Origin: Promethearchaeota archaeon | GTDB lineage: Archaea > Asgardarchaeota > Thorarchaeia > Thorarchaeales > Thorarchaeaceae | NCBI GenBank assembly: GCA_048939765.1 | Contig: JBHLPF010000052.1 | Coordinates: 1-18,193 of the forward strand | Direction: 5' to 3' | DNA: 18,193 nucleotides | Part shown: positions 8,575 to 15,729 of the stretch, piece by piece | Numbering within the stretch: the stretch's first letter is position 1 | Layout of the letters: every line of letters starts with the position of its first letter | The notes under the pieces: generated by a model | The model's database searches: none | Told to the model about the DNA's origin: nothing | What the model saw: only the letters and a program-made list of their open reading frames with translations | Translations under genes and position numbers: made by a program

Positions 8575-9153
8575 TTGATAAATTGGAATGGTGAAGAAAG
8601 GAAATCCAAAGACGAACAGAGAAGATTGCGCCGCATCATACTTGTAAGTTTCCCGCTACTGATGCTCGCTGCGACGCTTGTGATAGTCTTGTTACAGATG
8701 TCAGGCTATGCTGGTACAATGGAAGACACTCAGCTCGGTTTCAATGCAGAGGTCATTAGGAACTACTTCTCACTCATGAGTCCCACAGATATGGGACTCT
8801 TCATCACAGCAAATATTGCTGACTATCTGTTCATACTCTTCTACGGTATCTTCTTTTTCAGTGCTGCTAGGCTCATCTCATGGAACTATAGGAGTGGTTT
8901 CCCAAAGAGGATTGGTCTATCACTTGCATGGGTCGGTGTCATAGCTGCTGTTCTTGACGGGATCGAGAATGTGTTCCTGCTCTCGATGGCTGCTGACCCA
9001 GTGGGATTCGCTAGCTGGCTCGCGATCGCTCACTCGAGCTTTGCCCTTGCCAAGTTCCTCTTTATGTATGTAGCAATGGGTTGGACCATGGCGGGTTTTG
9101 TGGTGAACAGGACCCCTCTCGCTACACATCTGAAGTCCATTCAGATTGTTTGA
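8575..9153 (+). CDS. Hypothetical 4-TM membrane protein, probable TetR target
   Basis: Hydrophobic helices with ADYLFILFYG and LDGIENVFLL motifs. TTG 8575 follows GGAGTTGA; ATG 8560 is an alternative start. Confidence 0.8.
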   Translation: MINWNGEERKSKDEQRRLRRIILVSFPLLMLAATLVIVLLQMSGYAGTMEDTQLGFNAEVIRNYFSLMSPTDMGLFITANIADYLFILFYGIFFFSAARLISWNYRSGFPKRIGLSLAWVGVIAAVLDGIENVFLLSMAADPVGFASWLAIAHSSFALAKFLFMYVAMGWTMAGFVVNRTPLATHLKSIQIV

Positions 9154-9157
9154 GATG

Positions 9158-9197
9158 AAAAGAAGAATGAGGGAGCGTGAAGCTCCCTTGCATTTTT
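9158..9197. terminator. Hairpin between convergent genes, putative bidirectional terminator
   Basis: AGGGAGC-GTGAA-GCTCCCT (9170-9188), flanked by an A-rich tract on the left and TTTTT on the right. Confidence 0.6.
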
Positions 9198-9220
9198 GGA
9201 TGATGTAGCTGTAGTTCGCA

Positions 9221-9979
9221 TCACCTTCGTTTCAGATAGATGACTACGACTGCAATTATCACAACAGCTGATGCTATTATGATAACAATAGGAATAATGT
9301 CAAGTGGAATATCATCGTGCACTACGATGTTGTCAAACATTGCTCCTTCTTGTGGAGAAAACACAAACAGCTCAGATGTGTCGATATCTGTGTCCACTGC
9401 TTCCATGATCAGAGCACCGTCGTGGTATACTGAGATCAATCCGGCCTCCGTTCTAGTCACATCTATGTGATGCCAACCTGTAACAGGTACAGGGGTCTCA
9501 TATGTATCGAGAATTGTAGCGATATTCTTTCGAAGTTTTATCTCGAATTCTGATGTGGAAATTGCCTCAAAATAGATCCAGTAACATCTCCAGTCGCTCA
9601 TATAATCTCCATCCAAATTGCTACTGATGAAATCGACCGAAGCAAATGTGTCGGATTGAACTTTGGCCTCATCGAATTTGAAATCAAAACTCCATGTCCC
9701 ATATGCCACATCACTGGGATGACTAATTATCCCCCAATATAATGAGTAATAACTACTCCACGTCCCCTGGTCTAATTGCAGATAGTTATTGTCGGCTGAC
9801 CACTCTGAACCATTATTATACACCGTGTTATCACAGATGGTCCATCCATCATAGTTGCCATCATCAAAGTCATCAGACCAAACCACTGCGCCTCTACATG
9901 CCAGGGGGCTATATCCCATCCAACATAGTAGAAACAAGATCGCTAATCCCATTACCTTGTAATCCAGTCTATCTACCAC
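9221..9979 (-). CDS. Surface protein: signal peptide, concanavalin A/LamG-like beta-sandwich, C-terminal TM anchor
   Basis: N-terminal hydrophobic signal, WSDDFDDGNYDGW, YGTWSFDF, WHHIDVTR, FDNIVV, and C-terminal IIPIVIIIASAVVIIAVVVIYLKRR. GAGGTG SD before the GTG start. Confidence 0.8.
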   Translation of the reverse strand: MVDRLDYKVMGLAILFLLCWMGYSPLACRGAVVWSDDFDDGNYDGWTICDNTVYNNGSEWSADNNYLQLDQGTWSSYYSLYWGIISHPSDVAYGTWSFDFKFDEAKVQSDTFASVDFISSNLDGDYMSDWRCYWIYFEAISTSEFEIKLRKNIATILDTYETPVPVTGWHHIDVTRTEAGLISVYHDGALIMEAVDTDIDTSELFVFSPQEGAMFDNIVVHDDIPLDIIPIVIIIASAVVIIAVVVIYLKRR

Positions 9980-10039
9980 CGCGAATACACCTCAAATATT
10001 GAGTCGAATGACTTATAACGAAGTTATTAATATATTTTT

Positions 10040-10054
10040 CTTAATATTATTAAG
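10040..10054. promoter_or_regulatory. Palindrome in the AT-rich divergent promoter, candidate operator
   Basis: CTTAATA-T-TATTAAG, a perfect 7-bp inverted repeat 28 nt upstream of ATG 10082. GGAGGAG SD at 10073-10079. Confidence 0.45.
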
Positions 10055-10081
10055 GGAAAAGACTTAATCGACGGAGGAGAG

Positions 10082-10555
10082 ATGGTGTTCGCAACTCTTC
10101 GCTTCCCGACCGAGCAACAGACCCGCATCTGGCTCAGAAGGCGTCAAAGAGAGAGGCCATCTGAGATCGCCGAGGACCTGAATCTGTCAAGGCCTTATGT
10201 GAGCATGGAGCAGAAGGAAGCAGAGACCCGGATCAAGAGGCTCATAGAACATGCTGCCTCCGTCAACAGGGTGAAGATAGATCGTCTGAGTGCTCGATAT
10301 GGTATTGCCGAGGGCTATTGCCATGCCTATGAATCACAGACATACATCATATTCTCCCCCAAGATTGGAGTTCAGAACTGGTATGTACACGAGGGACACT
10401 GTGGCACCTGCGATCTGGAGGCGCAGTGCACTGAGACCCTTCGAACCCTGGCTGAGGAGTGGGAGATAGGCATCCCGCCCGGAATGCCACCCACAGAGCT
10501 TGGTGTGTACCTGTTTGAGACCATCAGGAGGCGACTCAAATGGGCCAAGACGTGA
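10082..10555 (+). CDS. HTH DNA-binding protein (sigma70 region-4-like) with a C-terminal HxGxCxxC-x5-C putative metal-binding cluster
   Basis: TEQQTRIW...RPSEIAEDLNLSRPYVS HTH and WYVHEGHCGTCDLEAQC cluster. Strong SD. Confidence 0.8.
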   Translation: MVFATLRFPTEQQTRIWLRRRQRERPSEIAEDLNLSRPYVSMEQKEAETRIKRLIEHAASVNRVKIDRLSARYGIAEGYCHAYESQTYIIFSPKIGVQNWYVHEGHCGTCDLEAQCTETLRTLAEEWEIGIPPGMPPTELGVYLFETIRRRLKWAKT

Positions 10556-10686
10556 AGGACTGCTCAAGGGTATGTCCGTTGCCTCCGGGCCCCTTGAAGG
10601 ACCTGAATCGGCATTTGAGACCTAGAACTCGCTTCATTGCTGTCGGACTTTCATTCATCTTGACAACAGCCGGTCTAGTGTATTAT
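10527..10686 (+). repeat. Copy 1 of the duplicated SD / N-terminal peptide / TM module (copy 2 at about 11660-11819)
   Basis: GGAGGCGACTCAAATGGGCCAAGACGTGAAG...GGTCTAGTGTATTAT aligns without gaps to GGAGGCGACTCAAGTGGGACAAGATGTAAAG...GGTCTAGTGTATTAT. Confidence 0.85.
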
Positions 10687-11643
10687 TTGATGCAATCTCA
10701 CCCCATGATTCTAGAACCTTGGGAAAAGAGAAATTATGTTCTAGGCGCCCCACATGCTGCCATAGCAATCGATGGGGATGCCAACTTCAATGACACAGCT
10801 CTCTTGGAGGGATGGCCTGGTGATGGCTCTCCTGAGGACCCGTACATACTCGATGGGCTGGAAATTGACCTCGGCAATGAAACAGGTAACTGCATAGAAA
10901 TCAGAAATACGCGAGTCAGCTTTATCATCAGCAGCTGCAATCTCACTGATGCTGGCGGCCATCCCACGTTGACGACCTTTTATGGGTGCGGAATCGTCCT
11001 CGACAATGTCACCAATGGTGAGCTGGTCAACAACACCTGCAACAACAACTGGGGTGGCATTATCCTTTTCGGCGGGAACACCTGCAACAACATGGTGGTC
11101 AACAACACCTGCAACAACAACAGATTGGGCATGTACCTCCGCATCACGGATTCAAACACCGTGGCTAACAACACCTGCAACAACAATGGCGACGGCATTT
11201 GGCTCTCTGAGGCATATGCCATCGTGGCTAACAACACCTGCGACAATAATGACGTTGGCATCTTCCTCGATGGTTCAGATTCCAACACCGTGACGAACAA
11301 CACATGCTTTAGCAATCGCGAAAGTGGCATCCAGCTCTATGAATCAAATTCCAACACTGTGGAGAACAACATCTGCAACAGCAACAGGATTGGCATCTAC
11401 CTCTATTACTCAGAGTCCAATGCCGTGGCCAACAACACCTTCTCAGGCAACACGGAACGGGACATACTAGTAGAGTATGAGACTGAGGAGTCTGAGACTG
11501 AGGGGTCTGAAACCGAGAGGTTTGATCCTCTACCTCTCCTGTTCTCCGTAGGATATATGGGAATCATAGCAATCATCTTACTAGTTGTAGGACGGATTAT
11601 GGTCAAGTTTTCGAGGGTTGTGTCAAATAGAGGGGAGTCCTAA
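10540..11643 (+). CDS. Membrane-anchored parallel beta-helix (NosD/CASH-like) protein, paralog 1
   Basis: N-terminal peptide plus TM, HAAIAIDGD...GWPGDGSPEDPYI cap, 22-23-aa GIxL...NTVxNNTCxxN coils, acidic linker and C-terminal TM. Overlaps the upstream gene by 16 nt. Confidence 0.9.
   Translation: MGQDVKDCSRVCPLPPGPLKDLNRHLRPRTRFIAVGLSFILTTAGLVYYLMQSHPMILEPWEKRNYVLGAPHAAIAIDGDANFNDTALLEGWPGDGSPEDPYILDGLEIDLGNETGNCIEIRNTRVSFIISSCNLTDAGGHPTLTTFYGCGIVLDNVTNGELVNNTCNNNWGGIILFGGNTCNNMVVNNTCNNNRLGMYLRITDSNTVANNTCNNNGDGIWLSEAYAIVANNTCDNNDVGIFLDGSDSNTVTNNTCFSNRESGIQLYESNSNTVENNICNSNRIGIYLYYSESNAVANNTFSGNTERDILVEYETEESETEGSETERFDPLPLLFSVGYMGIIAIILLVVGRIMVKFSRVVSNRGES
11479..11517 (+). repeat. 15-nt tandem repeat (about 2.6 copies) encoding the acidic linker ETEES-ETEGS-ETE
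   Basis: GAGACTGAGGAGTCT GAGACTGAGGGGTCT GAAACCGAG. Confidence 0.7.
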
Positions 11644-11646
11644 TCT

Positions 11647-11688
11647 ATGGGTATAATTGGGAGGCGACTCAAGTGGGACAAGATGTAA
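11647..11688 (+). other. 13-aa intercistronic mini-ORF MGIIGRRLKWDKM, homologous to the regulator C-terminus
   Basis: ATG lies one codon after the paralog 1 stop. The peptide matches ...TIRRRLKWAKT* of the 10082 gene, and its stop overlaps paralog 2 by 16 nt. Confidence 0.45.
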
Positions 11689-13013
11689 AGCGCCGCTCAG
11701 AGGTATGCCCGCTGCCTCCGGGTCCTTTGAAGGATCTGAACCGGCATTTGAGACCTAGAACTATCTTCATGGCTGTGAGTCTAACATTCATCTTGACAAC
11801 AACAGGTCTAGTGTATTATAGAATGCCACCAAGCTCACTACCATCATACATACGTCTTCCACCGATAGAACCACCAACCGTATCAAGCCTTGTTCCAGGC
11901 ACCCCACATAGTACCATAGCGATTGATGGGGATGCCAACTTCTCGGACACAGCTCTGCTAGAGGGATGGCCTGGTGATGGCTCTCCTGAGAATCCATACA
12001 TAATTGACGGGCTGGACTTCAACGAGGCGGGCGAAGAGGGTTCTTGTATAAGCATCAGCAACACTCAAGTCAGCTTCATCATAGGCAACTGCAGCCTCTC
12101 TGGTGCCAGTTATTCCTATGGAATCGACCTAGAAAACGTCACGCATGGGAAACTGGTGAAGAACATAATCGATATTGACTGGCGCGGCATCGTCGTATTT
12201 CACTCAAATTATAGCACCATAGCTGATAACATCTTCACCAACAGCTATCATGATGTTGATTGCTGGAGCTCGAGTCACAACACCTTTGTCAACAACACCT
12301 GCCTCAACAGCAGAGTCGGCATCTCACTCAGTATGTCGTCAACAAGCATTGTTGCTGGCAACACCTGCTACAACTGCAGCTGTGGCATCACCATCTCAAG
12401 CTCAGAATCCAACACTGTGACGGACAACACCTGTTACAACAATGGCGATGGCATCAGCCTCGAAGGCTCGCATTCCAACACAGTGGAAAACAACACGTGC
12501 AACAGCAACTTCGCTGGCATCTCCCTCAGAGACTCAGATTCCAGCACTGTGGCGAACAACACCTGCTATAGCAATAAAGAAGATGGCATTTCCCTCCATG
12601 AATCAGATTCCAACACTGTGGCGAACAACACCTGTTCCGGCAACGAGTTCAGTGGCATCGGTCTCGAAGGCTCGCATTCCAACACCGTTGCGAACAACAC
12701 GTGCAGCTACAACGACATTGGCATCTCCCTCAAAGACTCAGATTGGAACACTGTGGCCAACAACATCTTCACCAACAACAGGATTGACATCGACGCCCAC
12801 GTATATGAGCTGGTTGTCAATACTCTGTTTCGCCTGTCGATATTGGGCATAGGACTTGCATTGCCAGTTGCAGGATACAGAATGGTGAAGCTTTCGAAGG
12901 GTATGTCAGATGAAGAGTACGTTCGGTCTCTTCGAAGACACAACTACCATGATATAAGAGAGGCTAGCAGAACAGCGGTCACATTGCTAGAGAACGACAA
13001 TGGAGAGTCTTGA
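11673..13013 (+). CDS. Membrane-anchored parallel beta-helix (NosD/CASH-like) protein, paralog 2
   Basis: Same architecture as paralog 1, with a Pro/Ser stalk, more coils and a longer C-terminal tail. GTG start with GGGAGG SD. Confidence 0.9.
   Translation: MGQDVKRRSEVCPLPPGPLKDLNRHLRPRTIFMAVSLTFILTTTGLVYYRMPPSSLPSYIRLPPIEPPTVSSLVPGTPHSTIAIDGDANFSDTALLEGWPGDGSPENPYIIDGLDFNEAGEEGSCISISNTQVSFIIGNCSLSGASYSYGIDLENVTHGKLVKNIIDIDWRGIVVFHSNYSTIADNIFTNSYHDVDCWSSSHNTFVNNTCLNSRVGISLSMSSTSIVAGNTCYNCSCGITISSSESNTVTDNTCYNNGDGISLEGSHSNTVENNTCNSNFAGISLRDSDSSTVANNTCYSNKEDGISLHESDSNTVANNTCSGNEFSGIGLEGSHSNTVANNTCSYNDIGISLKDSDWNTVANNIFTNNRIDIDAHVYELVVNTLFRLSILGIGLALPVAGYRMVKLSKGMSDEEYVRSLRRHNYHDIREASRTAVTLLENDNGES
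12450..12770 (+). repeat. Internal direct duplication with 204-nt (three-coil) offset
   Basis: CTCGAAGGCTCGCATTCCAACAC occurs at 12459 and 12663. Each copy is followed by AACAACACGTGCA and GGCATCTCCCTCARAGACTCAGATT. Confidence 0.75.
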
Positions 13014-14256
13014 GCCAATCAAAGGCATTTTGCTCTAGTAGACTAAGATTGTCTATTTGACAGTGCATGCTGGCACCATCCTCTTGAGTGAAGACTCTCA
13101 TTTCCTTGGTGTCACTCGACACTTGCTCATAGAAATTGAAGCACTGCCGCATTTGTTCCTCCGAATCTCCATCTCCTACCAAGGAGAGGACAGGGCATGA
13201 AATGGACTTGGGATCCACTGGCGGAATTCTCTTTGACAAGTCCATGAGTTCCTTCATCGAGCTGACTCGTGATGCATCCACAGCATGTTCAAGAGATACT
13301 CTCGTGAACGCATTTACTTTTGCTGCGAGCCCAGTGAGCGCTTTGAAGATGAAATCAGGTGCGTTCTGTAGTGCACTTGGAATCTCTTCGGTAAGCAATG
13401 CGTTTAGGTCATATAGGGGCGCCGCCAATACAATGGCTTTGATGCGGTCATCAAAAGATGACTGATGCATGACCTGGTATGCGCCAGAGCTAAATCCAAT
13501 CGCAGCCAGATGCTCAGAGTCAGTTTCAGGTCGGCTTAAAGCATAGTCTACTATGAATTTATGGAAACCCGGCGCCACCATTACTTCAGCAGGGTCCAGT
13601 GCTGGTAGGTCTGGATACAGTACTGGCGGGGCTCTTGATCCCTCATAGGCGAGCGTTATGGCGTTGAAGCCTCTCTGTAGTGCTGTCGCACCACCCCAGA
13701 AGTATTGGTCCTCTGGATACATCTCTCCTCCATTGAGTATAATGATTGTTGGACGTTTTATCCCGCTATTGTCTGGTGACATGAAATACCCCGGCATGAG
13801 TAATTCATCATCCCCTCGAATCCAAGGCACTTGAATCGGCTCAATGTGAGCCTCAAGATAGGTGGCAGCTCGTTGAAAACATGACACGAATCTATGATAG
13901 GTCTTATCTCGCTGTTCACTGGATGTTGAGATTCCAATGATTCCTATTCGATAGTACGTATAGGCATGGAGGTATTGCACGGCGGCGGTTGCAGTATTCC
14001 GCCTCTCTACTGCCTCATCGGCCCGCTCTTCACATCTCCGGCCAAGAGTCAACCATTCGTCTGCCCAACTGTCCGGATCGTTCTCCTTGATTCTGTTTGC
14101 AGCATACATGATCTCACCCATGGATGCACCATTATGTGAGATATTCACAGTGGCCGCCATGAGATAGAAGTCCATGTCCTTGTTCTTGAAGTGAAACCGG
14201 TATGACGCCCTCTTCGCAATTCTGTCTTTCTTACTATTTCCTCTCGTCTTTATCAC
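12979..14256 (-). CDS. Alpha/beta-fold serine hydrolase (FrsA/DUF1100-like, 2,6-dihydroxypseudooxynicotine hydrolase-like)
   Basis: Nucleophile elbow IGFSSG, RPTIIILNGGE, ISCPVLSLVGDGD, catalytic His in GASMHCQIDN, and an N-terminal helical domain. Overlaps paralog 2 convergently by 35 nt. Confidence 0.9.
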   Translation of the reverse strand: MIKTRGNSKKDRIAKRASYRFHFKNKDMDFYLMAATVNISHNGASMGEIMYAANRIKENDPDSWADEWLTLGRRCEERADEAVERRNTATAAVQYLHAYTYYRIGIIGISTSSEQRDKTYHRFVSCFQRAATYLEAHIEPIQVPWIRGDDELLMPGYFMSPDNSGIKRPTIIILNGGEMYPEDQYFWGGATALQRGFNAITLAYEGSRAPPVLYPDLPALDPAEVMVAPGFHKFIVDYALSRPETDSEHLAAIGFSSGAYQVMHQSSFDDRIKAIVLAAPLYDLNALLTEEIPSALQNAPDFIFKALTGLAAKVNAFTRVSLEHAVDASRVSSMKELMDLSKRIPPVDPKSISCPVLSLVGDGDSEEQMRQCFNFYEQVSSDTKEMRVFTQEDGASMHCQIDNLSLLEQNAFDWLKTLHCRSLAM

Positions 14257-14310
14257 CCATTTAGGTTCTAGGACGATTCTATATTGTACAGATACGCATC
14301 TAGAATTGCT

Positions 14311-14339
14311 GCCTTACATATAGGGTTGAATTATAAGGC
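14311..14339. promoter_or_regulatory. Divergent promoter with inverted repeats, candidate HTH_10 regulator site
   Basis: Imperfect palindrome CCTTACATATAGGG (14312-14325) and GCCTTA...TAAGGC arms. TTATAA at 14331-14336 precedes ATG 14359. Confidence 0.4.
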
Positions 14340-14358
14340 CATCATAGGTCCATAGGGC

Positions 14359-15009
14359 ATGCGGAAAGTAATGATTGAGCTGAAGACAAACCCTCAGTTC
14401 AGAGAGGCTCAACGCGGCATCTTCGACAAGATTGAATCTATTGAGGGGTTGGAGCTGTTTAGATTCGACTTCAAGAAGGGTGATGCCTTGATGCTCACAG
14501 ATTTCAAAATGAAGAAGGGATACTCTCTAGAAGACGCTGAAATCCCGGCCGAGGCTGAGATTCTCACCATACTGGAAACGAAGAATCGTACCTACACCTG
14601 TCTGATGAGGCTGAAGCCATATCGAGAACTCGATGCCATAGTCAAGAAGTTCGATATCGATGTGATCTGGGACACCCCATTAAGAGCCACAGAGGACAAA
14701 CGCGTCTATAGTGCTATTGCTGATCAGGAGAACATGAAGAAGCTTCTCTCAGCGATCAAGCTTGTGGGTGACATCGAGAAGACAAGCTTTCACAAGGCAA
14801 CCTATGGTGCGCACGGCTTATTGTCCTGTCTGACAGCAAGACAGAAGGAGATACTCATTCTCGCCAAGAAAACGGGGTACTATGAATATCCTCGAAGGAC
14901 AAGGAGTGAAGACCTAGCGCAGATGCTTGGAATCAGTAAGGCTTCCACAATTGAGCATCTTCGAAAGGCAGAAGTCCGAATAATGAATCACATTTTGGCA
15001 GGGTACTAG
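14359..15009 (+). CDS. Bat/HTH_10-family (bacterio-opsin activator HTH) transcriptional regulator
   Basis: C-terminal LTARQKEILILAKKTGYYEYPRRTRSEDLAQMLGISKASTIEHLRKAE is the HTH_10 signature. Confidence 0.93.
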   Translation: MRKVMIELKTNPQFREAQRGIFDKIESIEGLELFRFDFKKGDALMLTDFKMKKGYSLEDAEIPAEAEILTILETKNRTYTCLMRLKPYRELDAIVKKFDIDVIWDTPLRATEDKRVYSAIADQENMKKLLSAIKLVGDIEKTSFHKATYGAHGLLSCLTARQKEILILAKKTGYYEYPRRTRSEDLAQMLGISKASTIEHLRKAEVRIMNHILAGY

Positions 15010-15102
15010 TATCTGAGTCTTGAGAACGAGCAAGGGAGAAAGATGAATGCATCTTCTGCTCTTGCGCGAAGCCTTATGTTGTTTGAAGCTTGATTCAATC
15101 CC

Positions 15103-15537
15103 ATGCCATCAGATCTCTCAAAAAAGGCAACGAAACTCATGGATGAACAAAGGGCACACTGTGCTCAAGCAATATTCGCTACATACGGCGAACACCTAGG
15201 CTCAGGAAAGGTCGACTTTGAAACCTGCATGAAGATATCCTCTGCATTCAGTGGGGGAGTGGCAAGAACTGGCAACATTTGCGGAGCGGTAAATGGCGCA
15301 CTAATGGTGCTTGGTCTAAAATATGGTGGATCACCAATGGAAGCAAAAGTCAACGAAGCCGCAGTCAAGCTTATGGACGAATTCAAGGCGCTCAATGGAA
15401 CAATGTTCTGTAGAGAGTTAATCGAGCATGACCTGCTCACAGATGATGATGTGAAACAGGCATTTGAAGTGGGAGCTTTCAAGAACTGCTCAAAATTCGT
15501 TGAAGATGTTTCCAAGATTCTGGACAAGATGTTATAA
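15103..15537 (+). CDS. C_GCAxxG_C_C family putative redox-active protein
   Basis: HCAQAI, FSGGVARTGNICGAVNGA, GTMFCREL, KNCSKFV. Confidence 0.92.
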   Translation: MPSDLSKKATKLMDEQRAHCAQAIFATYGEHLGSGKVDFETCMKISSAFSGGVARTGNICGAVNGALMVLGLKYGGSPMEAKVNEAAVKLMDEFKALNGTMFCRELIEHDLLTDDDVKQAFEVGAFKNCSKFVEDVSKILDKML

Positions 15538-15555
15538 TTCTCAAATGCGAGCATG

Positions 15556-15582
15556 AAAAAGGAAGAAGGGGCACAAAGCCCC
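15556..15582 (-). terminator. GC hairpin with a U-rich tail on the minus strand
   Basis: GGGGC-ACAAA-GCCCC (15568-15582) preceded by AAAAAGGAAGAA on the plus strand. Confidence 0.4.
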
Positions 15583-15729
15583 AATCCAATACCGAAGGAT
15601 CACATCTGTTTCTCTTGGCTGGACGGTAGGTAGTTAGGTCCGAATATCTTGTGCGAGGCCATCCGACTTGTAGATTCTTCTTTATGAATACACAAATACT
15701 GGTTTGTGCCATTGGATGTTGGGGCGAGA

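Noticed and set aside
11020-11460. CRISPR-like array (repeats at about 66-nt period)
   Set aside because: The repeats are degenerate, in frame and encode beta-helix coils. No cas genes are present.
11000-12790. AAC-rich repeats as a diversity-generating retroelement template/variable repeat pair
   Set aside because: No reverse transcriptase in the window. Both copies are coding, and mismatches are not adenine-specific (ttc/gac, tcc/tgg, gtg/gtt).
10734-12943. Alternative-frame and antisense ORFs (Thr/Gln/Leu-rich) over the beta-helix genes
   Set aside because: Shadow ORFs produced by repetitive C-ending codons.
10540-13013. Genuine nosD genes (nitrous oxide reductase maturation)
   Set aside because: Only the fold is shared. 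No nosZ/F/Y neighbours, and the proteins have two TM anchors.
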